64,000 bases of DNA from Erythrobacteraceae bacterium (GTDB lineage: Bacteria; Pseudomonadota; Alphaproteobacteria; Sphingomonadales; Sphingomonadaceae). The position numbers and the translations under genes are program-made. This document shows positions 23,645 to 32,198 of this stretch, piece after piece. The notes below the pieces were generated by a model, which did not search any database, had not been told where the DNA came from, and was given only the letters and a program-made list of their open reading frames with translations. Location of the stretch: positions 9,080 to 73,079 of the forward strand of contig JAIYEK010000169.1 of assembly GCA_027487015.1 (NCBI GenBank). Direction: 5' to 3'. The stretch's first letter is position 1. Every line of letters begins with the position of its first letter.

Positions 23645-23871
23645 CGAGCCAAGCAGATGGACGCGCGGCTCGGTATTCTCTTGCAATGAAGGGGGGGGGG
23701 ACGACAGCCCGTATTCTCAAGACCAAAGAGGACCACCGGGCAAACCGAATTGTTCGTCAACAGAGCCCAGCGAGGAACCAGTCTTGCTAGTCACCGCGAG
23801 TGATCTCTACGAGCTACCTCGCTTTATCTCCGTACCGCGATTTTCGACCTAGACGGCTCCGCTGGTCCTCC

Positions 23872-24417
23872 TCATAGGAAATCACCACTCGCAAAGCTCG
23901 CGAGGTTCCGCAGCAGGTCGACCTGCTTTTCCCGGTCAGCCAAAAGCCGCTCGCGCTTGCCTCTCACGCGATCACCAAACCCAAGTCGCGCTTCCTTGAA
24001 CAGATCGAACAATACCCCGCTGGTGATCGGGTCGTGACGCCATTCTGACGTGGCGAGTTGCAGGAGGCGCTCGAACAGGAAGGCACGCTCGTTGTCGGTG
24101 GCGGTGGCCAGTGCCGCACGGAGCATCCATGCAGGGGCGGCGCGCAGCTCAAGGCGAGATACGTGCCAGACAGGCACCGCGATAAGCAGGATCGCGAACA
24201 GGAAACCGATGTAGTCGGAGCGGATTGACTCTTCTGCTTGAAGCCCTGCAGCCAGCGTGATCGACAGCAACATCAAGCCGGCAGTGAGCATGCTGGACAC
24301 GACAATTCCGGTCCAGCGCCAATGGCGGATAATGGAAAACGCGACCCGCGCTATCACGGTAGTCGCTGGACGCGTGATGAAGGTCAGGCCGGACGCAGTG
24401 CGCTGGTTGGTGGTCAT
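23872..24417 (-). CDS. hypothetical membrane protein
   Basis: A 181-aa ORF with hydrophobic segments WTGIVVSSMLTAGLMLLSITLAAGL and YIGFLFAILLIAVPVW. Codon bias is reasonable. Confidence 0.5.
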   Translation of the reverse strand: MTTNQRTASGLTFITRPATTVIARVAFSIIRHWRWTGIVVSSMLTAGLMLLSITLAAGLQAEESIRSDYIGFLFAILLIAVPVWHVSRLELRAAPAWMLRAALATATDNERAFLFERLLQLATSEWRHDPITSGVLFDLFKEARLGFGDRVRGKRERLLADREKQVDLLRNLASFASGDFL

Positions 24418-24566
24418 AATGGGCCTTTCGAAAAGATGAACTCGGACAAATGCTGACGGCCCCAGGTCATCGGAAAGTGGGGATTGATCCGTCAGCTAAA
24501 CTTCACGTCTGACACCGATGGCTGAGGCTTCGTCCGCCTCGACCCGCCAAATCAGCGCTGATGCAT

Positions 24567-24815
24567 CTACCAAGGATCGAACCCGCTGCCGGTCGAGCCA
24601 GGCGCATGATGATCATGGCTGTGATGGGCATGTTGGTCGTCCCAGCGATCCAGATCCTGGCCGAAGGGATTGCCGCTGACATCTACTCTGCCAATGCCCG
24701 GTCCAGTCATGGGGAGCCCGGTGGCAGGGTTGATGGAAACGCCCTCGTCAGAGGAGGCTCGCGGCGGGTCGCTTGATCCTGCGAATAGGTCGGTCAGCCA
24801 ATGGAGCAGTTGCAT
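24567..24815 (-). CDS. small hypothetical protein (His/Asp-rich C-terminus)
   Basis: An 82-aa ORF, MQLLHWLTDLFAGSSDPP...DRWDDQHAHHSHDHHAPGS. It sits downstream of the partition genes in the same orientation. Confidence 0.35.
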   Translation of the reverse strand: MQLLHWLTDLFAGSSDPPRASSDEGVSINPATGLPMTGPGIGRVDVSGNPFGQDLDRWDDQHAHHSHDHHAPGSTGSGFDPW

Positions 24816-24865
24816 AGGGTTTCTCCTATTAATGAAGGGCTTCGGCAGCTCGATTGCGCTGGCGC

Positions 24866-24917
24866 TGCCCTCATGTTCACACGTTCACATGCGCACAGTC
24901 ACACATGCCCACATCGC
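24866..24917. repeat. CACATG-type repeat array, copy A (inverted relative to copy C)
   Basis: Sequence: ccctcatgttcacacgttcacatgcgcacagtcacacatgcccacatcg. Its reverse complement contains ATGTGGGCATGTGTGACTGTGCG and GTGTGAACATG, matching copy C. Confidence 0.8.
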
Positions 24918-24953
24918 CGCATCCTCCTTCTCCCCTTCCGGCGAAGGGATCGT

Positions 24954-25214
24954 CTATCGCCCGATTGGACTCTCGCCGTACTTGCGCAGGACGTCGTCGA
25001 AGGCTTCGGCCATCAGATCCTGAAGGCTGAGGCCATTGCGCCGGGCGCAGGTGTGCAGGGCAAGCGACAGCTCATGCGAGAAGTAGCCGGAGATCGCCTT
25101 GCGACCGACGCGGCTTGGGGGCGTCGGGATATGGGCGACCGGCGATGCCGGTGCGGTCTGGTCCGCCGCTTCATTCTTGGACTTGCGATCGGCAAGATTG
25201 GCGAAGCGGTTCAT
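24954..25214 (-). CDS. small ribbon-helix-helix-type partition/regulatory protein (ParG-like)
   Basis: [15 protein letters not shown]...[47 protein letters not shown] 25214 shares an ATGA overlap with the parA stop. This small DNA-binding partner is typical of type Ib ParA systems. Confidence 0.6.
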   Translation of the reverse strand: MNRFANLADRKSKNEAADQTAPASPVAHIPTPPSRVGRKAISGYFSHELSLALHTCARRNGLSLQDLMAEAFDDVLRKYGESPIGR

Positions 25215-25900
25215 GCGGTCTTCCTCTGCTGTGCCGGGGTCTGTGGGCATGCGGACATGTGGAGCTGTTCACATGTCCACATGTGAAGCTGTGCGATCTC
25301 GCTGGCCGCCTTTCTGCCAGGGTCGAACTCGAACACGGTCTGCCCGCCTGCGACCGCATGACGATAGGCGGCGCGGTCCGGCAGAATGATCGGGCATGTC
25401 TGGCCACCAAACCCAGTAACAAGCTCCCGGGCATCGGCATAAATGTGCGGCGCAGTTGGTGGCCCGGCGGCGAACACCACAAATGCCGGGCGCGACAGCA
25501 ATTCGACCAGACGCAGCGTCGTTCGCATGGCGGCGAGGTCGAATGCGCTGGGGCGGCAGGGGATCAGCACCAGATCGGCACACTCGGCTGCCTTGCTGGC
25601 GGCAAGATCAGCATGGGGCGGGGTGTCGATGACGATCAGGTCTGCGCCCTGCGCCGCGGCCGCCGCGATTTTCGCAGGGATGCGCGGAGGGGCGCTATCG
25701 ATGACCTCGGGCGGCGCGCCTTGCCGCCACTCGGCCCATTGCGAGGCGCTGGCCTGCGGGTCGGTATCGATCAGCAAGCTGACCCGTCCCGCAAGCGCGG
25801 CAGCGGCGGCGAGATGGATGGCGAGGGTGGTTTTTCCTGCGCCACCCTTCTGACTGACGATAGCGACGGTTCGGGTGTGATGAAGTGAATGTGTGCTCAT
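25211..25900 (-). CDS. parA: ParA-family partition ATPase
   Basis: [28 protein letters not shown] (deviant Walker A), [12 protein letters not shown], and LIVIDTPP. Confidence 0.9.
   Translation of the reverse strand: MSTHSLHHTRTVAIVSQKGGAGKTTLAIHLAAAAALAGRVSLLIDTDPQASASQWAEWRQGAPPEVIDSAPPRIPAKIAAAAAQGADLIVIDTPPHADLAASKAAECADLVLIPCRPSAFDLAAMRTTLRLVELLSRPAFVVFAAGPPTAPHIYADARELVTGFGGQTCPIILPDRAAYRHAVAGGQTVFEFDPGRKAASEIAQLHMWTCEQLHMSACPQTPAQQRKTA
25239..25302. repeat. CACATG-type repeat array, copy B (inside the parA 3' end / parG-like 5' end)
   Basis: Sequence: gtctgtgggcatgcggacatgtggagctgttcacatgtccacatgtgaagctgtgcgatctcgc. It shares GTTCACATGT...CATGTGA.(G)CTGTGCGAT with copy C. Confidence 0.75.
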
Positions 25901-25905
25901 GTGTA

Positions 25906-25975
25906 TGCGTCCTCATGTTCACATGTGGGCATGTGAGACTGTGCGATTGTTGGGATGTGCGGGTGTGAACATGGT
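25906..25975. repeat. CACATG-type repeat array, copy C (intergenic, between the relaxase stop and the parA start); putative parS/operator
   Basis: Sequence: cctcatgttcacatgtgggcatgtgagactgtgcgattgttgggatgtgcgggtgtgaacatgg. It is bounded by the 10-bp inverted termini CATGTTCACA / TGTGAACATG. Confidence 0.8.
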
Positions 25976-28900
25976 CAGCGGCCCCGCTCCAGGTCGCGGC
26001 CCGGCTCGATGTCGCGCCCAAGCTCAACTTCGCGCCCTCGGCTCGGGACCAGTTCAAGCTCACGCTCCTTGTTCTCGAGCACCATTCGGGCGAATGCGGG
26101 GCCACCGATAGCAACCAACATGCGGTGCTCGTCCGTCATGCGGGGATCGTGTTTTGCCTGATCTGGTGCGGTCTCGAGCGCGCTGGTCTTGGCGCCGGAG
26201 CGCGCTTCGACCTGGCGTTCGACCCGGTCGGGGTTGTCGGTCACGAGCGTCGCGTTCTCCGCGATCCGGGTCACCGCGACCAGGAACGAGGCTGAGGTGT
26301 TGAGCATCCGCTCGCGCTCGGACATCATGATGATGCCGTTCTGTGCGGTCATCCCCTGAACGACGTGGACGTTGATGGCGTAAGCGAGGTCGAGCCGTTC
26401 GAGCATAGGATCGCCGCGCGGAAGATCGTGGAGCTGGCCATTGCTGGCCTTCACGGTGATGGTATCGCCATCGATCCGCGCGACATGGGCGATGTCGCCG
26501 TTGAGCAGCCCGCGCGTCCCATCCTTGACGGTCCAGCGGATGCGGTCGCCCTGGTGGAGGGCAATGTCCTTGCGCTCGAAGATGGTGACGGCGTCGTGCT
26601 TAAGGTTGCGGGGCAGGCGGTCCGGATCGAACCGCCTCACTTCGCCGCCGGGCATGGCAAGCTCGACCTTGCCGTCCTTGACGCCGATCACTGTCCCGCG
26701 ATCGCCGCGGGTGAAGCCCTGTCTGGTCAGGTTGGTCTCGAAGGCAACGACGCGCCCCTCCTGGTAGCCCTTCAATTGCCGCGCGCCCTCGCGGGTGACC
26801 GTAACGCGGTCGAGCACATCGAGCTTGAGCCCCCGCGCGCTGATCTGGCCGCGCTCGATCAGCGATGCCTGCGCGGCCGCATTGCCCGCGCTGCGCATCG
26901 CACGGCCAGCGGCGAGAAGGATCGTATTGTCGCGCTCGTCCTTCGGCAGGTCGGCCCACATATCGGCGGCGATGCCTGCGATCTTGCCCGGCGCAACTTC
27001 GATGGTGGCGGGCTTGAGCGCGGCGAAGGCCTGGGCGACATCGCCCTGTTCGAGCGCGCGGTTGATGGCCTGCATCTGCGGGGTCTGCGCGCGCAGGTTT
27101 TCGATGATCTGGCTTTGCCTGAGACCCTGCTGCTGCAATTGCGCGAAGGGTTTTCCGGCTTCGATGGCGGGCAGCTGCTTGATGTCGCCAGCGAGCACCA
27201 GCTTGCCCACATCCATCTGGTTGGCGAGGGTGATCAGCCGCGCGAGCCGGTCTGTGCCGATCTGACTGGCCTCATCTACCATCACCAGCGCACCGGACAG
27301 CTCCGCCCGTGCCGCTGCCACCTTATCCGCGCTGGCACTGCCCTCGATCACACGCGCATACCGGGCCAAAAACGCATCCACGGTTGATGCTGGACTGGCC
27401 GTCTTCTCCCCAAACTCCCGCGCGATCCGGCCCACGTGGGACAGTGCCACCACCTGCCGCCCTTCCTCCCGCGCAATGGCTGCGACCGGAGCCAGCGCCG
27501 CCGACTTCCCCACACCCGCGCCGCCCTGAACCAGATGCACGCGGTCTTTGGAGGTGAGGATCGCGACGCCGGCCTGCTCCTGCCCGGGATTGAGGCGGCG
27601 AAGGCCGATGGCTCGCGCTTGCTCCTGCAGCCGCGCGACGATGCCGTCCTTGTCAGCAATGGGTTGAACGCTGTCCTTGCCCGCCTGCGCAAGACCGATG
27701 ACCTTGTTCTCCATGGCCAGCGCCTGCTCGGTAGTAAGCATCCGGTCGCGATCCGCTGGACCGCTGCCGACCAGCAAACCGCGCTCTTGCAGCAGATCAA
27801 TCCGCGCCTCGATCATGTCGACCGTCACCGGTCCTTGCCGTTCGAGCGCGGTGCGGATCAGATCATTGCGAGAGAACGCCGCCTCACGCTCGCCCAGCTC
27901 CCGCGCTGCCGAGGCCACCGCCTGCGCTGCGGCAAAGGCCTTGGGCTCAAGCCGTCCATGGCGCTCTGGCACCAGCGGATCGGAATCGCGCGGGGTCAGG
28001 CCCATGGCACTGGCAATCGCCATTCCCCGCTCGCCGATTCCACGAATGCCGTCGACGACGCGCGACCAGACGGTTTGCTCACCCGCAGCACGGGCCATGG
28101 CGCTTTCGATCAGGCGCGCTGGATCAAAGCCTATTGCGCGAGCGGTCTCCTTCCATGCAGCAACCTGCCGTGCCGCATCGGGCTCCAGTTCCTTTCCGCG
28201 CCGGGTCGAGAGCGCCGCAAGTTCCCTCTCGCGGGCACTGCCCCGATCCTCCTTGGCCAGCTCGGCGAGGATTTCGGCCCGGCGAGTAGAGAAGGCCTCA
28301 ACCGCCTCGCGCGTCACACCCTTGATCTCGAATGCGCCGTCGATGGAGTTTCGGGCAGGGGTTGTCTCATAGCCCAAGGCCTCGACCCGGCTTCGCAGTT
28401 CGGCATTGTGGACCGCCGATAGAACGTGCTGCGCGCGGTAGAGTTCATCGTTGCGCACCGCATGCCATTTGCCATCCGAGGCTCTGGTCGCGTTGGCGAC
28501 GACGGCGTGGATATGAAGCTGCGGCTCGCCGTTCCTGTTCACGTCGTGGAGAAAGGTCGCGGCGATGAGGTTGCCGGTGCGCTCCGGCACCTGCCGCCCG
28601 AGCGTCGCATCCCAGACCCGAGCTTCGACGACGTTCTTCTCGGCCCAGCGCAGTGTCGCGGTCACGGAGTCCTTCAACGCCTCGACCAGACGCTTGTCGC
28701 CGCCGAGCATCGCCACAAGCGACACCGACTTGGACGCTGAGAACGTGAGGTCAACGCCGGGGCGGTGGGCGCCGTCTTTCCCGGCGATCACCGATCCATC
28801 GGGCAGCTTGCCTTCGAGCACGGCAGCAAAGGTTTGTTCTTCGACCTTGCCAGCCAGCCCAAGCGCGTCTGCGCCCTTACCGAACCACGCGCTAGCTTCC

Positions 28901-28986
28901 TGCGTCTGATCGGCGGTGTAGTAATTGTCGGCCGAGTAGTATTCGGCCGCCGATGAGGCAGAGCCGAGGCTGCCGAGCGTAATCAT
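25975..28986 (-). CDS. traA: MobF-family conjugative relaxase/helicase (TrwC/TraI/TraA-like)
   Basis: From ATG 28986: MITLGSLGSASSAAEYYSADNYYTAD (catalytic Tyr region), GVDLTFSASKSVS, the 3-His motif ATFLHDVNRNGEPQLHIHAVVAN, and the helicase P-loop VQGGAGVGKS. The longer ORF-track start (29085) is an Arg/Pro-rich extension that overlaps the upstream gene. Confidence 0.92.
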   Translation of the reverse strand: MITLGSLGSASSAAEYYSADNYYTADQTQEASAWFGKGADALGLAGKVEEQTFAAVLEGKLPDGSVIAGKDGAHRPGVDLTFSASKSVSLVAMLGGDKRLVEALKDSVTATLRWAEKNVVEARVWDATLGRQVPERTGNLIAATFLHDVNRNGEPQLHIHAVVANATRASDGKWHAVRNDELYRAQHVLSAVHNAELRSRVEALGYETTPARNSIDGAFEIKGVTREAVEAFSTRRAEILAELAKEDRGSARERELAALSTRRGKELEPDAARQVAAWKETARAIGFDPARLIESAMARAAGEQTVWSRVVDGIRGIGERGMAIASAMGLTPRDSDPLVPERHGRLEPKAFAAAQAVASAARELGEREAAFSRNDLIRTALERQGPVTVDMIEARIDLLQERGLLVGSGPADRDRMLTTEQALAMENKVIGLAQAGKDSVQPIADKDGIVARLQEQARAIGLRRLNPGQEQAGVAILTSKDRVHLVQGGAGVGKSAALAPVAAIAREEGRQVVALSHVGRIAREFGEKTASPASTVDAFLARYARVIEGSASADKVAAARAELSGALVMVDEASQIGTDRLARLITLANQMDVGKLVLAGDIKQLPAIEAGKPFAQLQQQGLRQSQIIENLRAQTPQMQAINRALEQGDVAQAFAALKPATIEVAPGKIAGIAADMWADLPKDERDNTILLAAGRAMRSAGNAAAQASLIERGQISARGLKLDVLDRVTVTREGARQLKGYQEGRVVAFETNLTRQGFTRGDRGTVIGVKDGKVELAMPGGEVRRFDPDRLPRNLKHDAVTIFERKDIALHQGDRIRWTVKDGTRGLLNGDIAHVARIDGDTITVKASNGQLHDLPRGDPMLERLDLAYAINVHVVQGMTAQNGIIMMSERERMLNTSASFLVAVTRIAENATLVTDNPDRVERQVEARSGAKTSALETAPDQAKHDPRMTDEHRMLVAIGGPAFARMVLENKERELELVPSRGREVELGRDIEPGRDLERGR

Positions 28987-29756
28987 CGCCGGTCCTCGTG
29001 GGCGATGACCCGCAGGCCAAGATCGCGCTCCTGCTCCGGGACCCGGCAATCGGTAACACCGTATTTTCGGGCGATCAGCCGACACATTTTCGCAGGGTGG
29101 TCAATCAGCTTACCGGACTGCCACACCGACCAGCCATCGAACTGGGTAGGCAGGATTGTGGCTATGAGAGCGCCCATGAGGAGTGCCAGGCCGCCGCATG
29201 CCGACAGAAATTTCAGCGCCAGAAAGCGGTTATCGCCGAGATAAACGGATCGCATCTGCCGCGGCTCGCTTGCGAGTGCGATCGACTTGTCGAGCTGAGC
29301 GGAGATCTTCACGAGGTGCGGCTCGAGCGCTGCGATAAGTGTCGGCTCAAGATCTTCGAAGGCAGAGAGGAGCTGCTCGGCCCTGGCATAAAACGGCGAG
29401 AGACTGGCCTGATCCTGCTCTCGAAAATGGGCGAGAAGTTTCTCCTGGGCGATGCGATTGGCCTCCTCGCCGCCGTTCCACTTCTCGGTCAGCTTGCCGA
29501 GCATCCGCGCATTGTCCGCCTGGGCCCGGTCCAGCTCGATCACGAGCTCACGCAACTGGTGCACCAGCCCGCTGACGGTTGCATCGAGCCGGGGCGCAGC
29601 TTCGGTCTGGAAGGTCGGCCGTCCCGCGTCGTGCGCCTCGATCAGCTCCTGGATCGCCTTGCGCAAAAGCTCGGGCCGGCTGAGCGATTTTGCCTGCGCA
29701 ACGCGGTCGAGGGCGGCAAGTACACGGTCCTCAACCGAGACATTGACTTGTGCCAT
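28983..29756 (-). CDS. relaxosome accessory protein with an N-terminal ribbon-helix-helix and a C-terminal TM segment
   Basis: MAQVNVSVEDRVLAALDRVAQAKSLSRPELLRKAIQELIE is CopG/RHH-like. It lies immediately upstream of, and overlapping, the relaxase. The hydrophobic segment is LSACGGLALLMGALIATIL. Confidence 0.6.
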   Translation of the reverse strand: MAQVNVSVEDRVLAALDRVAQAKSLSRPELLRKAIQELIEAHDAGRPTFQTEAAPRLDATVSGLVHQLRELVIELDRAQADNARMLGKLTEKWNGGEEANRIAQEKLLAHFREQDQASLSPFYARAEQLLSAFEDLEPTLIAALEPHLVKISAQLDKSIALASEPRQMRSVYLGDNRFLALKFLSACGGLALLMGALIATILPTQFDGWSVWQSGKLIDHPAKMCRLIARKYGVTDCRVPEQERDLGLRVIAHEDRR

Positions 29757-29933
29757 CAGACCCTCCCCCGGATAGCAAGGAGATCGACGGGCATAGAAGC
29801 TAAGTGATTGATATAGGCTTGTTCTAGAACGCCATGCTGCTGCACGCCACAGCTTCCGAGTGCTTTTTGGGCGCCCCTAGAACTGCGCCTAGGGCCTAGA
29901 ATGGCTGATTTCTGCGGGTTTTCGCACACCTTG

Positions 29934-29974
29934 CCACCGCTGAAATTCAGCGTGGAGTGTGTACTTCTATATGC
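29934..29974 (+). promoter_or_regulatory. candidate oriT core: imperfect hairpin plus nic-like motif
   Basis: CCACCGCTGAA-A-TTCAGCGTGG (29934-29955) is followed by GTGTGTACTTCTATATGC (29957-29974). The latter resembles the R388 TrwC nic region GTGCGTATTGTCT/ATAGC as I recall it. It lies in the 330-bp gap upstream of the RHH-relaxase operon. Confidence 0.4.
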
Positions 29975-30087
29975 GCTCCTTCGACATTGGTGGCCTGATC
30001 TTGGGGAGTAATAACCTGGCTTGGCATTTCCTGCCGGGTACCACCGGCCGAACAGCCGGAAAGCGATTATCGCGTTCTGCACGGGCT

Positions 30088-30723
30088 TCATGTGAGGTCT
30101 CCGCCGAATATGTTTGGGTTTCCTGCACGGTCGAAATCCAGGCCCGACATCGGGGTCGCTGGCGGCTCCGCCTCCCGGTTCAGTTCAGCGAAGAACCGCT
30201 GGAAAAAACCGTAGCTGAGCCGCTCGAACGGTGCCGCATTCGGGATCGTCTGGACGATTGGCAGCGGGTCATCGCCGATGGGTGCCCCACCGAGTGACCG
30301 CAGAATGACCGCCCGCTCGTAGGCGTGAAGGACGAAGTCACAGAAGGCGGCCCCATCCAGCCTCGTCAGCATGCCAGCCATGACCCGGGCATCTGGAGTG
30401 ACACAATGCTGCTCGACCAGTTGCCTGACCGGATCGTGCCAATGGTCGAAATGGCTGACCCAGCTTTCCAGCCACACAGGCCAAAAGACCTGACCGTCAG
30501 GAACTGGAAGTCGGTCGCAAACCTTGTCCGCGGTGAGATCGTACATCTCCCCGAACACCGCAGGCAGGGCAGCGAAGATCGGCTCCGCGTCAATGTCGCG
30601 GAGCAGGATCGCGGCGGCATGGCGCCAGCTCAAAACGGGGTCCCGCCCGGGCTTGTAGGACGGCCACCAGGTATTGCCCGCCTCCAGCTCCGCCCAAAGG
30701 CTTGTGGTTTGCACTTGCGTCAT
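30088..30723 (-). CDS. hypothetical protein (mobile-element backbone)
   Basis: 211 aa from ATG 30723 (MTQVQTTSLWAELEAG...), with an ATGA overlap with the RepC-like stop. The longer track ORF (to 30909) overlaps the upstream gene. Confidence 0.55.
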   Translation of the reverse strand: MTQVQTTSLWAELEAGNTWWPSYKPGRDPVLSWRHAAAILLRDIDAEPIFAALPAVFGEMYDLTADKVCDRLPVPDGQVFWPVWLESWVSHFDHWHDPVRQLVEQHCVTPDARVMAGMLTRLDGAAFCDFVLHAYERAVILRSLGGAPIGDDPLPIVQTIPNAAPFERLSYGFFQRFFAELNREAEPPATPMSGLDFDRAGNPNIFGGDLT

Positions 30724-31910
30724 GGCTGCACCTCCCCGGAGAGCTTCGCCAAGGCCGACAGACATGCACCTGCAAAGCTCTGGCCGGTTCTGGGGGCTGA
30801 CACCTCCGGTTCGAACTGACGGTCCGGCAAGCTCCCCTCTGGATAGCCTTTGGCAGCCTTGATCATGGGCAACAGGCTGGAGGCGTTCCGCAACAGCCCG
30901 CTCAAGCATTTCCTGCCTGACCGCGCTCGGTAGCGGTGCTCACTTGGTAACCGGGCGTTGCGGTCGATGACGAGGATGCAAAGTGCTGCGCGCTCGCGCC
31001 CCAGCTTTTCGCAGGCCTCTGCCCAAGCCGGCTGCGAGACATTGTGCCAACAGCAGGCGATTGCCGACGCGTCGACAATGTCTGGCCAGCCCGGTGCCCG
31101 GTCGGACGGCAGGAGGCTTCGATAGTCTGCGCTCGCGAGGCTGGCAGCCAGTGCTGGGGAGATCTCGTCCGACCGATCAGCGCGGAATTGCGCATCGGTC
31201 GGGCGGCTACGGTTTTTGGATGAGTCTTTAACAGGTATATTGGGTGCGAAGATTTCTTCCGTCCGGTGGGAAGATTTGGTGTCACCAGAGGGAAGTTTTG
31301 GCTGCACCAGCAGCGCCTCGAGCATGACCTTCAAGGCTTCCAGCTTCTCGGCAGAGCTGATGCGGGACACGCGCCCCCGGGGAAGAATGCGCTCTGCCTC
31401 CTCGATTAACGCAGCGGCCTGCGTCGCGCGGATCTCGCGGCCGAGCATGACAATCTCGTGCCGCAATGAAGTAACCGCCCGCTCGTGCAGGTCCATCGCC
31501 TCAAGCCGGGCCTTCCACCGGCCATAGCCATCGATGAGCGGACGCAGGCTGATGCCCGCAAGGCTAACGATGACGCCATTACGGCGCTGACCGGTGCGGC
31601 GCGCATGCGGAACATGGGTCCGCTCGATGAACCCGCCGCGCTCAAGCTCGGCTTCGGCGTTGTGCAGGACCTTCGTCGAGATGCGCAGCGTCTGAGCCGT
31701 GGTTTGCGGTTGCTCCCACACCCCGCAAATCTTGCCGCGCTCGAAGTCTGACGATCGGCAGCCGAGGAGGTAGTGCTTCAGCACGCGCACCGCGGTCGCT
31801 GAAAGGTATTCCGCCCGGCAGGTCCCTGGTGCGATCTTCTCGATCAGATCAGCCAGGCTGAAGTGGGAGACGCCGGATGGAAGCCCGTTGTGTGCCAAAG
31901 AGATGCTCAT
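30720..31910 (-). CDS. repC: RepC-like replication initiator protein
   Basis: The N-terminal wHTH-like region reads VLKHYLLGCRS...TAQTLRISTKVLHNAEAELERGGFIER. The C-terminal block HNVSQPAWAEACEKLGRERAALCILVIDRNA resembles the RepC C-terminal domain of repABC-type initiators. Confidence 0.6.
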   Translation of the reverse strand: MSISLAHNGLPSGVSHFSLADLIEKIAPGTCRAEYLSATAVRVLKHYLLGCRSSDFERGKICGVWEQPQTTAQTLRISTKVLHNAEAELERGGFIERTHVPHARRTGQRRNGVIVSLAGISLRPLIDGYGRWKARLEAMDLHERAVTSLRHEIVMLGREIRATQAAALIEEAERILPRGRVSRISSAEKLEALKVMLEALLVQPKLPSGDTKSSHRTEEIFAPNIPVKDSSKNRSRPTDAQFRADRSDEISPALAASLASADYRSLLPSDRAPGWPDIVDASAIACCWHNVSQPAWAEACEKLGRERAALCILVIDRNARLPSEHRYRARSGRKCLSGLLRNASSLLPMIKAAKGYPEGSLPDRQFEPEVSAPRTGQSFAGACLSALAKLSGEVQP

Positions 31911-32198
31911 GAAGCACCTCCGGAAAGGATTGCCCTTGCGCCCGATTCTCCGGTCGCGTAAATGGGATGAATAGCCGCAACGCTATTGAAATGACCGCTG
32001 CGAAGGGTGCCAGCCCTTCCGGCGGTTTTTCGTTCCCGGTCTGGCGGCCTGCCTACTGGCTTCCCAACGCGGCAATTCCGACCAGACATGCGCGTTTTCG
32101 AGGGCCTCAAAGTGCCCGCTCGTACAAATCGCGTACAGCCAGCCTCGTACAGAAGGCTCTTTCTACAACCAAAACAGCTAACTATCTGATTTGGCTGG

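Noticed and set aside
24866-25975. CRISPR array
   Set aside because: The repeats are degenerate, differ in orientation, overlap coding sequence and have no regular repeat-spacer periodicity. They fit partition/operator sites better.
26365-28422. 340-aa and 328-aa plus-strand ORFs, and 25115-25888 (257 aa)
   Set aside because: They are antisense to the MobF relaxase and parA respectively, and no motifs are present.
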